The notes under the pieces: model-generated
What the model was told of the DNA's origin: nothing
The model's database searches: none
Seen by the model: the letters and a program-made list of their open reading frames with translations, nothing else
Program-made: the position numbers and the translations under genes
DNA from: Planctomycetota bacterium
GTDB taxonomy: Bacteria; Planctomycetota; PLA2; JAEUHO01
DNA: 64,000 nucleotides
Assembly (NCBI GenBank): GCA_050248855.1
Contig: JBFWRP010000010.1
Span: 99,008-163,007, forward strand
Reading direction: 5' to 3'
In this document: positions 39,521 to 49,164 of the stretch, in pieces
Position numbering within the stretch: position 1 is the first letter of the stretch
Layout of the letters: the number at the start of each line of letters is the position of its first letter

Positions 39521-40135
39521 ATGGCCAACACGGCAGACGAGCAGCTTGCGACCATGATCAAGAACCTCGAGGAGAAGACCGGCCGCAAGCTGGCCGCGTG
39601 GACCAAGCTGGTCTTGGCCTCGGGCGCGGCCAAACACGGCGAGATGGTGGCGTGGCTCAAGACCGAGCACGGCATGACCCACGGCTACGCCAACCTCGTC
39701 GCGCACGAGGCACGCAAGACCTCCCCGGCGGGGCCGGAGGCTGTCGCCAAGTCGAAGACCACGGGCGCCACGAAGAAGGCCGCCGGGTCCGCAAGCGAGG
39801 GGCGCGAGCTGTACACGGGGCCGAAAGAGGGTCTGCTCCCGATCCACGACGAGCTGCTCAAGCTCGTCCGCACCTTCGGCAAGGACGTGGAGCTCGCGCC
39901 CAAGAAGACCTACGTCAGCTTGCGGCGCGCCACGCAGTTCGGCTGCATCCAGCCGTCCACGAAGACGCGCGTCGATCTCGGCATCAAGCTGAAGGGCGTC
40001 GAGCCCACGGGCAAGCTCGAGGCGAGCGGCTCGTGGAACACCATGGTCACCCACCGCGTGCGCCTCGAGTCCGTGAAGGACATCGACGCCAAGGTCCGCG
40101 GCTGGCTGAAGAAGGCCTACGAGCAGGCGGGGTAG
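39521..40135 (+). CDS. DUF4287 + DUF5655-like domain protein
   Basis: AGGAG upstream. NLEEKTGR...KHGEMVAWLKTEHGMTHGYAN and APKKTYVSLRR...MVTHRVRL. Confidence 0.8.
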   Translation: MANTADEQLATMIKNLEEKTGRKLAAWTKLVLASGAAKHGEMVAWLKTEHGMTHGYANLVAHEARKTSPAGPEAVAKSKTTGATKKAAGSASEGRELYTGPKEGLLPIHDELLKLVRTFGKDVELAPKKTYVSLRRATQFGCIQPSTKTRVDLGIKLKGVEPTGKLEASGSWNTMVTHRVRLESVKDIDAKVRGWLKKAYEQAG

Positions 40136-40209
40136 GCCGCCGGATGAGTCGTGCGCGGCCCACCGTCCGGCCGCCCTCGAACCCACGCGAAATCCGCTCT
40201 CCCGCGTGA

Positions 40210-40270
40210 CCGACTGTCGGTGGCGTTCGTATAATCGTAGGGTGGCCGCGCGCGCGGCCGGGAGGCGCCC
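40210..40270 (+). promoter_or_regulatory. Promoter/leader of the HNH-RuvB fusion gene
   Basis: Palindrome CCGAC-T-GTCGG (40210-40220), a perfect TATAAT (40230-40235), palindrome GGCCGCGCGCGCGGCC and GGAGG 5 nt before ATG 40271. Confidence 0.55.
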
Positions 40271-42823
40271 ATGCGTACGAGTCCCTCGGGTTCAAGCCTG
40301 TCCCTGGCCGCCCCCGCGGGCCGCAGGGCCGCCCCGCTCCGGCTGCGCTCCGGCGGCGGCGCGGGTGCGTCGTGGACCGGATTTCCGGGCTCCGGGGCCT
40401 CGCTGGTCTGCGAGCGCGACGGGGCATCGGTCGCGCCGCCTGAACCGACGTCCCCCGGTCCCGACGTCTCGCGAGGCGCCAGGGCGCCGGCCGAGCCGCT
40501 GCCCCTGCCGCTCCTCACGCTCCGCCGAGGGATCTCCCCGGACGAGATGGAAGCGGCCATGCTCTACGGCCGTCGCCTGGGCGACATCGGGCGGCGCATC
40601 ATCTCGTTCAACCTGCTGCAGATGCAGGAGACGCGCGCCTTCCAGAAGCTGGGACACGCCAACATCTACACGTACGCGCGCGGCCGGCTCCACCTCTCCA
40701 AGCGACGTTGCCGCGAGTACCTCGCCACGGCTCGAGCCCTCGAAGAGCTGCCCTCCGTCGATGCGGCGCTGCACGCCGGCAAGCTCACGTGGAGCCAGGT
40801 GGTCCTCATCGCCCGCCGGGCCACGCCGACGTGCGAGGCGGAGTGGATCGAGGCGGCGGGCACCTGCACCTACGAACAGCTCGAGCTGGCCGTGAAGACG
40901 ACGCTGCCGGGCAGGCCCCCGCGCAAGCCGGGCGACCGCAAGGGTCTTCCCGAGATCCGCTTCCCCATGGAGTTCCAGCTCGATCCGGTCACGCACGCCC
41001 GCTGGGAGGCCGCACGGGCCAAGCTGTCCGCCGAGCGTGGCACGCCGATCGACAACTTGACCATGCTGTCGATCCTGCTCGACCTCATCCTCACCATGGA
41101 CGCGACGGGCAAGGTGCCCGGACGCAGGCGCGTGCCGGGCTCGCAGTTCCGCGTCGTCCTGCGCCAGGAGCCCGGCGGCGGGTTGTCGGTGGAGACGTCC
41201 GAGGGCCTCGTACCCCTCGACGGGTTCCCTGCGCTGGTCGCGGCTGTGCTCGCCGAGGCCGAGGTGTCGGCCCCTGACGCGCCCGACGCCGGCGAGCAGG
41301 GCGCCGAGCCGGGCACTGGGCTCGGCAACGCGCCCACGCCTGCCTGGCTGCGACAGCTCGTCCTGGAGCGGGATGGCTTCCGCTGTCGGCATTGCTCCGC
41401 GCGGACCGACCTCAACGCCCACCACATCCACTTCCGTGAGAATGGCGGGCCCACCGTGGCCTCCAACCTCGTGGCCCTGTGCCTGAGGTGCCACGGCTTG
41501 GTGCACGCCAAGCTCCTGGAGGCCGTCGGCTCGCATGGCGCCAGCGTGACCTTCCGCGCCGTCCACGAGCCTGCCCACGACGCCGTCGCCCTGGCCACGT
41601 CGAGCGCGCCCGCCTACGGGCTTCCCCCCACGGACGCCCGCGCCGAGGCCCCCGTGGAGGGGGGCGGCGGAGTCCCGCCGCTTGCCCGCGAGGGCGGCGG
41701 AGTCCCGCCGCGCGGCGTGCTCCTGCAGGACGTACCCGCCCGGGTCGACGCGGCCTGGTGGCAGCGCCACACCCCCGCACTCACCGTGGTCGGCGGTGCG
41801 CGCGGGACCGGCGCGGCTTGGATGCTGGGGCGCGACATCGCCCCGCTGCCCGCCGCAACCGGCGTGGAGAGGGCGGCGGAGACCCGCCGGGGGGCGGATG
41901 CGGCGGAGTCCCGCCGGGCTGAGGCGTTCGCCGGCCTGCACGGCCTCGAGCGCACGTGCCAGCAGCTCGAAGCCCATGCCAAGTGGGCCGAGTCGCACGG
42001 CAAGCCGTTCCCGCACACCCTGCTCATGGGCCCGGCGGGCACGGGCAAGAGCCTGCTGGCCCGCCGCGTGGCCCAACGCGCAGGCGGCAAGCTCGTCGTG
42101 GGCTTCGGCGGCATGCTTTCGTCCCCGAGCGCACTGCCCGGGCTGCTTTCGCAGCTCTGCGCCGGCGACGTGCTGTTCCTCGACGAGCTGCATGCCGTCC
42201 CGCGCAGCGTGCTGGAGGGCCTCTACCTGGCCATGACCGACCGCGAGCTGCCGCTCACGCTCCAACAGGGCGGGGCGACGACCGCGATCACGCTGGAGGT
42301 CGCACCGTTCACCCTCGTGGCGGCTACGACCGACGAAGCGTGCGTCCCGCCGGCCATGGCCAGCCGCTTCGTGGTGCAAGAGCGCATCGGCTACTACCTC
42401 CCGGATGCGCTTGCGGCCATCGCACGCGATGCGGCCTCCGCCCACGGCGTTGCGCTGGAGCACGACGCAGGCTTGGCGATCGCGGCTGCCAGCCGTGGGA
42501 CACCCCGCGAGACCAAGCGACTCGTGACGAACGTGCTCGCTACGCGCATGGGTGAGGGGACGGACGCGAGTGCGCCGCTCGATGCCCGTGCGACGCGCCG
42601 TGCGCTGGGACGACTCGGCTACGAGGAAAGCGGCTTGAGCCCCGACCAGGTGCGCTACCTGGGCGTCCTGCAGCAGCAGCGCGGCGTGATCGCCCTGTCC
42701 CGGGCGGCAGCCCTGGCCGGCATTCCGGCCAGGACCGTCTACGACGACGTCGAGCCCACGCTGGTCGCCCGCAACCTCATCGAGGTCACCCCCCACGGCC
42801 GCCGCCTCGTACGCGGCGCCTGA
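40271..42823 (+). CDS. DUF222-like domain + HNH endonuclease + RuvB-like AAA+ ATPase fusion
   Basis: N-terminal ARALEELP...GKLTWSQV...ATPTCEAEWI. HNH: RDGFRCRHC...AHHIHFRENGGPT..SNLVALCLRCHGLVH. RuvB: HTLLMGPAGTGKS, GDVLFLDELH, PFTLVAATT, SRF, SRGTPR and VEPTLV...IEVTPHGR. Confidence 0.88.
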   Translation: MRTSPSGSSLSLAAPAGRRAAPLRLRSGGGAGASWTGFPGSGASLVCERDGASVAPPEPTSPGPDVSRGARAPAEPLPLPLLTLRRGISPDEMEAAMLYGRRLGDIGRRIISFNLLQMQETRAFQKLGHANIYTYARGRLHLSKRRCREYLATARALEELPSVDAALHAGKLTWSQVVLIARRATPTCEAEWIEAAGTCTYEQLELAVKTTLPGRPPRKPGDRKGLPEIRFPMEFQLDPVTHARWEAARAKLSAERGTPIDNLTMLSILLDLILTMDATGKVPGRRRVPGSQFRVVLRQEPGGGLSVETSEGLVPLDGFPALVAAVLAEAEVSAPDAPDAGEQGAEPGTGLGNAPTPAWLRQLVLERDGFRCRHCSARTDLNAHHIHFRENGGPTVASNLVALCLRCHGLVHAKLLEAVGSHGASVTFRAVHEPAHDAVALATSSAPAYGLPPTDARAEAPVEGGGGVPPLAREGGGVPPRGVLLQDVPARVDAAWWQRHTPALTVVGGARGTGAAWMLGRDIAPLPAATGVERAAETRRGADAAESRRAEAFAGLHGLERTCQQLEAHAKWAESHGKPFPHTLLMGPAGTGKSLLARRVAQRAGGKLVVGFGGMLSSPSALPGLLSQLCAGDVLFLDELHAVPRSVLEGLYLAMTDRELPLTLQQGGATTAITLEVAPFTLVAATTDEACVPPAMASRFVVQERIGYYLPDALAAIARDAASAHGVALEHDAGLAIAAASRGTPRETKRLVTNVLATRMGEGTDASAPLDARATRRALGRLGYEESGLSPDQVRYLGVLQQQRGVIALSRAAALAGIPARTVYDDVEPTLVARNLIEVTPHGRRLVRGA
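41665..41916. repeat. Four copies of the 16-bp palindrome CGGCGG-AG(T/A)C-CCGCCG
   Basis: Copies at 41665-41680, 41695-41710, 41874-41889 and 41901-41916. Confidence 0.85.
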
Positions 42824-44911
42824 TCAGTCCCTGGGAAACGGGAACAGCACTTGGCGCTGCCCCAGCTCGGGGCCGTGGCGAACGATGCGGCGGCAGTCCT
42901 CGATGACGACGAGGCTGCCGTCGTCGTCGAGGGCGACGTAGGCGTCGACGGGGGGAGGCGACGCCAGCACGGGACGGATCTCGTGGCGCGCGGGGTCGAG
43001 GACCATCACGCCCAGCGACCGTTCGTGGCCGTAGGGAGGCATGGCCAGCTTGGCTTGGGCGTACAGCACGAGGCGGCCATCGGGACGCCGCCCCACGACC
43101 TGCATCGCGACGCTTTCCTTCGCGGAGAGGGGGATCCCTGCACCCTTCCACGTGAGAGCCTTGGTGCTGTCGTGGATCGGATCCCACAGGGAGAACGACA
43201 GAGCGCCGTCCACGGAGCTTGCTACCAGGACGAGGCCCTCCAAGCCGACGGCCGTCCACCAGCCCGGCGGCTTGCATTCGACCACCGTCTCATCCGTCAG
43301 CACGTCCACGACCCGCAGGGGACCAGGCGTGCCAGGAGCCTTGTTGGGAGGCGTCGGGTCCAGGTAGTGACTTGCATCGAGGAAGCGCTGCCAGAAGAGG
43401 AACTCGTTCTTGGCGTAGGGGCGGAACTGGCCATCGCGGTCCAATACGCCGTTGCGCTGCCGACCCGTGCTGTAGTTCACTCCCGACCATCCGCCGGGAA
43501 CGGGGATCAGGCGCAAGCGCTGCTGATCGACGCGGACCACGCGATCCGGTGCCGGTTCCTCTGCTCCCTCCCGCTCGTACTGCCCATGGCGGATCCAGAC
43601 GCGGCGACCTGCGCTGTCCCGATGGACGGCGAGCTCACGGAGACCGGTTTGCAGCAGGCGGTGTGCGCGAGCGTCGCACGTCTCGTGCGGCAGGGAGGCC
43701 ACGGGCTGGGCGTCTCGCGTGTCGTACCAATGAACCACATCGCGATCCTCCGTCGCGCTCAGCAAGCAGAGCACCGGCGTGGGGCAGAGCAGTCTCTGGG
43801 GCCCCAAGACGTCCCCTGTGGCGCAACCGAACGGCAGCGTCGGCCAGGTGGGCTCTCCCTCCGCCACGACGTCGACCGTGCGTTCCTTCAAGTCGACGCG
43901 CCACGTGCGGATGGGCGTGCCTCGCCCGGAGGTGTCGGGCTCGGCCTGCGTTCCGAGGTGTAGGGCTTCCCCGTTTGCGAAGGGGACACCCTTGTGCACG
44001 GTGAGCCAGAGCGACTCGCCATCCGCACCCATGTACGCGGCTGCGATCCGGAGCGAGTCGTCGGGTCGGACGACCGACCACGCGCGGAAGTCGGCGTAGG
44101 CCCAGCCTCCGATCGAGGCCGTGCACACGAGTGCCGTCGCAGCACCGGCCAGCGCAGGTGTCCACGGACGCCGCTGGCGCCCCCACCCGACGAGCCACGA
44201 CACGAGTGCGGTCCCGACGCCGATCAGGCCGAGGGCAAGAGCGATGGGCCCAATGGCATCGCTGCGCGACCACGGCAGCAGCCAGGGCGCGTGCTTCAAC
44301 ACGAGCCAAGCGGGCACGGCGAGCATGCCCACCAGCAACAACGCCGCCAAGCTGGCAGCACCGCAACGGCCGATCCATGCGCCGGTGACGAGCGGCCACG
44401 ACAGCAGCGGGAGGGCCAGCCACGTGACGAAGAGTCCCGCGTTGCTTCCGTCGGCCAGTCGGTCGCGGAAGGTGCGGGCGGCGCTCGCGGGCAGCGGCTC
44501 GCTGGCGAGCACCTGCCACGTCCAGCTGAACGCGTACTGGGCGTACCACGCGAGGCCCAGGGTCACGGCTCCGAGCACGAGGAGCTTGGCCACGAAGAGG
44601 CTGAGCATGCCGTGCGGCTGCCGGCGCACGAGGGACGGTCCGCCGCCCGTGACCTCACCGGCGAGCGTGTCGCCCGCGAGGCCGAACCAGACCAAGAGCA
44701 GCGTGACGCCTGCCAGGGTCAGCTCGAGCTTGTCGGCGGGTGCCGTCGAGAGGTGGCTCGAGAACGTCGTGATCGCAAGGACGTACAGCAGCGGCAACGC
44801 GACCGCGATCCCGATGACGACGGGCAGGCGCTCGCGGAGCTCCTTCCACGACCACGCGAGGACGCGGCGGGCAAAGCCCAAGGGGGCATGCATCAGCTTG
44901 GAGGCGCTCAT
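42824..44911 (-). CDS. ABC-2-permease-like membrane protein with a large C-terminal extracytoplasmic domain
   Basis: WKELRER, about 7 hydrophobic helices and LFVAKLL. ATGA-coupled to the ABC ATPase. Confidence 0.7.
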   Translation of the reverse strand: MSASKLMHAPLGFARRVLAWSWKELRERLPVVIGIAVALPLLYVLAITTFSSHLSTAPADKLELTLAGVTLLLVWFGLAGDTLAGEVTGGGPSLVRRQPHGMLSLFVAKLLVLGAVTLGLAWYAQYAFSWTWQVLASEPLPASAARTFRDRLADGSNAGLFVTWLALPLLSWPLVTGAWIGRCGAASLAALLLVGMLAVPAWLVLKHAPWLLPWSRSDAIGPIALALGLIGVGTALVSWLVGWGRQRRPWTPALAGAATALVCTASIGGWAYADFRAWSVVRPDDSLRIAAAYMGADGESLWLTVHKGVPFANGEALHLGTQAEPDTSGRGTPIRTWRVDLKERTVDVVAEGEPTWPTLPFGCATGDVLGPQRLLCPTPVLCLLSATEDRDVVHWYDTRDAQPVASLPHETCDARAHRLLQTGLRELAVHRDSAGRRVWIRHGQYEREGAEEPAPDRVVRVDQQRLRLIPVPGGWSGVNYSTGRQRNGVLDRDGQFRPYAKNEFLFWQRFLDASHYLDPTPPNKAPGTPGPLRVVDVLTDETVVECKPPGWWTAVGLEGLVLVASSVDGALSFSLWDPIHDSTKALTWKGAGIPLSAKESVAMQVVGRRPDGRLVLYAQAKLAMPPYGHERSLGVMVLDPARHEIRPVLASPPPVDAYVALDDDGSLVVIEDCRRIVRHGPELGQRQVLFPFPRD

Positions 44912-45651
44912 GCCACCACCTCCTCGGTGGTCGGGGTGACGGGCAGGTCCACCAGCAAGTCACGCAGCGCGCGCTCGGCGCCCTGGTCGCCGACGAAGTC
45001 CTCCAGCGGCCCCTCGCGGGCGATGCGACCGGCGTCCAGCACGGCCACGCGATCGGCGATGCGGGCGGCGATGTCCAAGTCGTGCGTGGTGACGAGGACC
45101 GTGCGGGTGGCGCCGTCGAGCACGCGGAGCACACCGCGCAGCAAGTCCTCGCGGGCGGCGATGTCGACGCCGCCAAACGGTTCGTCCAGGAGCAGGACCT
45201 CGGGGTCGGGCACGAGGGCAGCCGCGAGCATGGCGCGCATGCCCTGGCCACGGCTCAAGGCCCTGAACCGCGTGGTGCGCGGTACCTCGAGACGCTCGCA
45301 GAGCTCGCGGGCGCGCACGTCGCTCCAGCGGGGGTGATGGGCCTTGAGCAGCCGGAAGAGATCGCGCGGACGCATCCATGGGTACACGTCGGGCTTGTCG
45401 GGGACGTACCCGACGCGCGTGAGCACCTCGGCGCGTCGGCGCAGCGGGTCCAAGCCCAATACATGCACGGTTCCGCGGCGAGGCTTGAGGACGCCGAGGC
45501 ACGCCTTCAAGAGCGTGCTCTTGCCCGTCCCGTTGCGCCCCAACAGCACGGTCGTCGTGCCCCTGGGCACGTCGAGGTCAACGCCCTCGAGCACGTCGCG
45601 CGAGCCGTAGCCCGCGGCCAGACCTTCGATGCGGATGCCTTGTTCGTTCAT
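44908..45651 (-). CDS. ABC transporter ATP-binding protein
   Basis: GRNGTGKST, LSRGQ, LLLDEP and TTHD. Confidence 0.92.
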   Translation of the reverse strand: MNEQGIRIEGLAAGYGSRDVLEGVDLDVPRGTTTVLLGRNGTGKSTLLKACLGVLKPRRGTVHVLGLDPLRRRAEVLTRVGYVPDKPDVYPWMRPRDLFRLLKAHHPRWSDVRARELCERLEVPRTTRFRALSRGQGMRAMLAAALVPDPEVLLLDEPFGGVDIAAREDLLRGVLRVLDGATRTVLVTTHDLDIAARIADRVAVLDAGRIAREGPLEDFVGDQGAERALRDLLVDLPVTPTTEEVVA

Positions 45652-46043
45652 CGCTCGTTCCCCTCCGACGCCCCGGCCCGTTCCACCCCCAGCAGCGTCA
45701 GCAAGTCGTTCTCGCGGTGGCCGGCCGAGCGGGCGGCCCCCCACGCGCGCAGCAGGTCGTCGCGGGTCTCCGCGCCGCGCAGCTCGCGGGCGCGGTCGCG
45801 GGCGTCCGCCGTGACGTAGACCCCGCTGCCGGTACGCCCCGCGGCCACGCCCAGCGACTCGAGGTCGCGATAGGCCTTCCCCACGGTGTTGGGGTTGACG
45901 AGGACGTCGGCTGCCAGCGCCCGGACGCTGGGCAGGCGCTCGCCGGGCCCGAGCGCTCCGCTGGCAATGCGGTCCAGGAACCCCTCCACCAGCTGCCGGC
46001 TGGGCGGGGCGGCGCGGCGGGGGTCGACGCTCAAGGGCTCCAT
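45648..46043 (-). CDS. GntR-family (YtrA-like) regulator
   Basis: GERLPSVRALAADVLVNPNTVGKAYRDLE. A short protein heading an ABC operon. Confidence 0.9.
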   Translation of the reverse strand: MEPLSVDPRRAAPPSRQLVEGFLDRIASGALGPGERLPSVRALAADVLVNPNTVGKAYRDLESLGVAAGRTGSGVYVTADARDRARELRGAETRDDLLRAWGAARSAGHRENDLLTLLGVERAGASEGNER

Positions 46044-46155
46044 CGCGACCGTCCCATCGACCTAGGACGGTCACGCACTTGAGCCCTGGCTCCGCCGAGG
46101 CCCTGGAGCCCCGTAGGCTCCACGGAAACCGCCTGATCCAGGGGAGCTCGGCGCC

Positions 46156-49095
46156 ATGTCCAAGCCCACCGTCTTCTTGCTCTTGGCCCTCGCCGTGCTC
46201 GTCGGCCTCTTCTTCACCGTGGACCCGCTCGGCGTCCTGCCCGACCGGGACGCCGGACGGGACGGGGCTGGCGACACGGCCGACGACGCGCTCCTCGGGG
46301 AGGCGACCGGCACCGGGCCCGGGCTGGCGACGTCAGCCGGCGGTGTGGACCCGCTGGCGGGGGCATCCCGCGATCCCGAGGGCGAGATCGACCTCGGCCT
46401 CGGACCCGTGGTGGTGTTCGGCCAGGTGGACCAGCTCGACGGCGGTCCGCTCGCGGGCGCGCGCGTCTCCGTGGAGCTGCTCGACGACGTGGCGCGCGAG
46501 CGCGGCGTGCGCACGCGCCCTGACGGCAAGTACCGCATCCGCGGCCTGCCCGAAGGCGTGCATACGGTGATCGCCTCGCACAAGGGCTTCCGCGCGAGCA
46601 GCCTCGTGACCCAGCCGCTCGTGGCCGAGACCGAGACCGAGCTGGCGACGCTGGTGCTCGAGCCGCGCAAGGACGAGCGCACCAGCGTGCAGGTGCTCGT
46701 GACCGACTTCGAGGGTCGCGCGGTGCCGGGCGCCAAGGTCTTGCTCACCACCATGTCGTGGGACATGCACTTGGCAGCCGGCCCCGAGGTCGCGGGCATG
46801 CCCGGGGTGCGCTTCAAGGCAGGCACGACCGACGCCGAAGGCCGCGCGTTGTTGACGGGTGTGGAGCCCGACCAGTACGACGTCGTCGCCTCGGCCCCGG
46901 GCTACGCGACGGAGAGTCGCGACGGCGTGCTCGTCGCCGCGGGGACCACGCGTCGCATCGTGTTCCGCCTCGACAGCTCGGTCACGATCCAGGGGCGGCT
47001 CACCGGTCCGGAAGGCGAAGGCGTCAGCGGCATGGTGATGGGCTTGCGCATGCCTACGTGGGCGTCCAGCCTGCCGGCGCAGAGCGGCGCGGACGGCGCG
47101 TTCGTCCTCGACGGCCTGAAGCCCGGCGATCACATGGTCGTGGGGTACGCCGAGGGTCAGGGGCAGACCATGTCGCCCGCCAAGGCCCCCGGTTCAGGCC
47201 TGCTCCTGCGCCTCGCGGGCGCCGGCACGGTCAAGGGCCGCGTCGTGGACACCGAAGGCGAGCCCGTCGCTACCGCCCACGTGCGCCCCTTCCAGAGCAC
47301 GTACTTCTCGTACTGGTACTCGCAGATCTTCCCGGTAGGCGCGGACGGCACGTTCACGCTCTCGCTTCCCAAGGGCGACTGGGAGCTGCGCGTCGAGGCC
47401 GACGACGGCCGTGTATCGGAGGACACGAAGGTCAGCGTGACGATCGGCGAGACCAGCGAAGTCGAGGTCACGATGCCTGCGATCCAGGTCGTGCGCGGCA
47501 TCGTCGTGGACAACGAGGGACGGCACGTCGAGGGCGCCGACGTCTACGTGATGCAGGGCGGGTTCCCCCCGACGCCCTCGCGCGAGTTCTGGGCGCGTAG
47601 CGACGAGGAAGGTCGGTTCGAGATCGCGGGGCTGCCCGCCGGTTCGGTGGGCCTGCACGTCGATCACGCGGCCTACTCCAAGGGGACGTTCGAGGCCGTG
47701 GCTGGCCCGCGCGACAAAGCCACTGTCGTCCGCGTCGTGGTGACGCCCGGCGCGATCCTCGAGGGCATCGTGACGGACGCCGACGGCAACCCCGTCGCGG
47801 GCCAGCAGGTCACGGCGCTTCCCGAGGGCTCGTACATGGAGTCCGTGACCACGTGGACGTCGGCCGAGGGCCGCTACCGGCTTGCCCCGCTGGACGCGAA
47901 GGCGTGGTCGGTGGGCGTTGGCCCGCTCGGCGCCCCCAGCGCCAGCCAGCGCGTCAACCTCGTCGGTGGCGCCACGAACACGGTCAACCTGACGCTGCCC
48001 GCCACCACAGGCGTGCTCACGGGCCTCGTCCGCCTTGGCGGCGCGCCCGCCGTCGGCGCCGAGGTCGTGGTTTCCGACGCGCGGGACATCGGAAGTGGCC
48101 GGGCCACGACCGATGAGGAGGGCCGCTTCAGCATCGAGGGCTTGGCGCTGGGTCCCGTCCGCGTGTCGGCCACAGCCTCCGGGGGCGCCCGTGGCAACGA
48201 GAGCGTCTCGATCCCGAAGGACACCGGTACCGCCGACATCACGATCGACATCGGCACGGCCACGTTCCGCGCCCGCGTCGTGGACGGTGACGGCACGCCG
48301 CTCTCGGGCGTGTTCTCCAACCTCGAGAACCCCGAGGCCACCCAAGGTGAAGACGCCAGGTGGCGTCCGCTGCCCCAGACAGGTGCGGACGGCGTGATCG
48401 TTGCCACGGGTGTCACGCCAGGGCGCTGGCGCCTCCGCGCGTCGGAGGCCGCGCACGCCAACTACCTGAGCCAGCCCTTCGAGATCGCCGAAGGCGGGAC
48501 GGTGGACCTGGGCACGATCGTGATGCGACGCGCCGCCGAGATCCGCGGGCGCGTCACGGACGACGTCGGCAGCGTGGTCGAGAGCGCCACGGCCAGCGTC
48601 AAGCGGCCCAACGGCGAGGCGATCTTCCTGTTCAGCACCGCGACGACCGGCAGCGACGGTCGGTTCGTGCTGCGCGGCATCGAGGCCGGCAGCTACCGGC
48701 TGCGGGTCGAAGCCCTCGGCCACGCTCCGTACGAGGCTCCCATCGAGGTGCCCGAGGAAGGCGTCGAGACGACGGCCGTCCTGCCCCGCGGCGGCGGGAT
48801 GACCTTCCAGGTGCGCTCGACCGACGACGAGCCTGTCGGCAGCGCGCGGCTCGTGCTCTACGACGCCGCGGGCCAGGTCGTGATGCGCACGCTGTCGATC
48901 GTGAACTTCACGGACAGCGGCGTGCGCTACACGGGCCCGGACGGGACGGCCGTCATCGACGACCTCGCGGCCGGCGGCTACCGGGTTGCCGCGGAGCGCG
49001 ACGGCTACGAGATGGACGGCCCGCCCGTCGCCGTCAGCGTCCAGCCCGGCGAGCGCAGCCCCGTGCGGATCCTGCTGCGCAAGAAGGCGGAGTAG
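46156..49095 (+). CDS. Membrane-anchored carboxypeptidase-regulatory-like repeat protein
   Basis: 979 aa with an N-terminal anchor and about nine GxVxDxxGxPV...DxxGRF repeats. Confidence 0.82.
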   Translation: MSKPTVFLLLALAVLVGLFFTVDPLGVLPDRDAGRDGAGDTADDALLGEATGTGPGLATSAGGVDPLAGASRDPEGEIDLGLGPVVVFGQVDQLDGGPLAGARVSVELLDDVARERGVRTRPDGKYRIRGLPEGVHTVIASHKGFRASSLVTQPLVAETETELATLVLEPRKDERTSVQVLVTDFEGRAVPGAKVLLTTMSWDMHLAAGPEVAGMPGVRFKAGTTDAEGRALLTGVEPDQYDVVASAPGYATESRDGVLVAAGTTRRIVFRLDSSVTIQGRLTGPEGEGVSGMVMGLRMPTWASSLPAQSGADGAFVLDGLKPGDHMVVGYAEGQGQTMSPAKAPGSGLLLRLAGAGTVKGRVVDTEGEPVATAHVRPFQSTYFSYWYSQIFPVGADGTFTLSLPKGDWELRVEADDGRVSEDTKVSVTIGETSEVEVTMPAIQVVRGIVVDNEGRHVEGADVYVMQGGFPPTPSREFWARSDEEGRFEIAGLPAGSVGLHVDHAAYSKGTFEAVAGPRDKATVVRVVVTPGAILEGIVTDADGNPVAGQQVTALPEGSYMESVTTWTSAEGRYRLAPLDAKAWSVGVGPLGAPSASQRVNLVGGATNTVNLTLPATTGVLTGLVRLGGAPAVGAEVVVSDARDIGSGRATTDEEGRFSIEGLALGPVRVSATASGGARGNESVSIPKDTGTADITIDIGTATFRARVVDGDGTPLSGVFSNLENPEATQGEDARWRPLPQTGADGVIVATGVTPGRWRLRASEAAHANYLSQPFEIAEGGTVDLGTIVMRRAAEIRGRVTDDVGSVVESATASVKRPNGEAIFLFSTATTGSDGRFVLRGIEAGSYRLRVEALGHAPYEAPIEVPEEGVETTAVLPRGGGMTFQVRSTDDEPVGSARLVLYDAAGQVVMRTLSIVNFTDSGVRYTGPDGTAVIDDLAAGGYRVAAERDGYEMDGPPVAVSVQPGERSPVRILLRKKAE

Positions 49096-49164
49096 CAGAC
49101 AAGCCCCCTCGGCGCGGGCCCCGCGCCGGGGTATCGTGCCGCCCTCGACCGCAGGAGGCTGGCC

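Noticed and set aside
41920..42823. Ordinary housekeeping ruvB
   Set aside because: It has no separate SD and start, is in frame with the HNH without a stop, lacks ruvA/ruvC neighbours and has altered RuvB-conserved residues.
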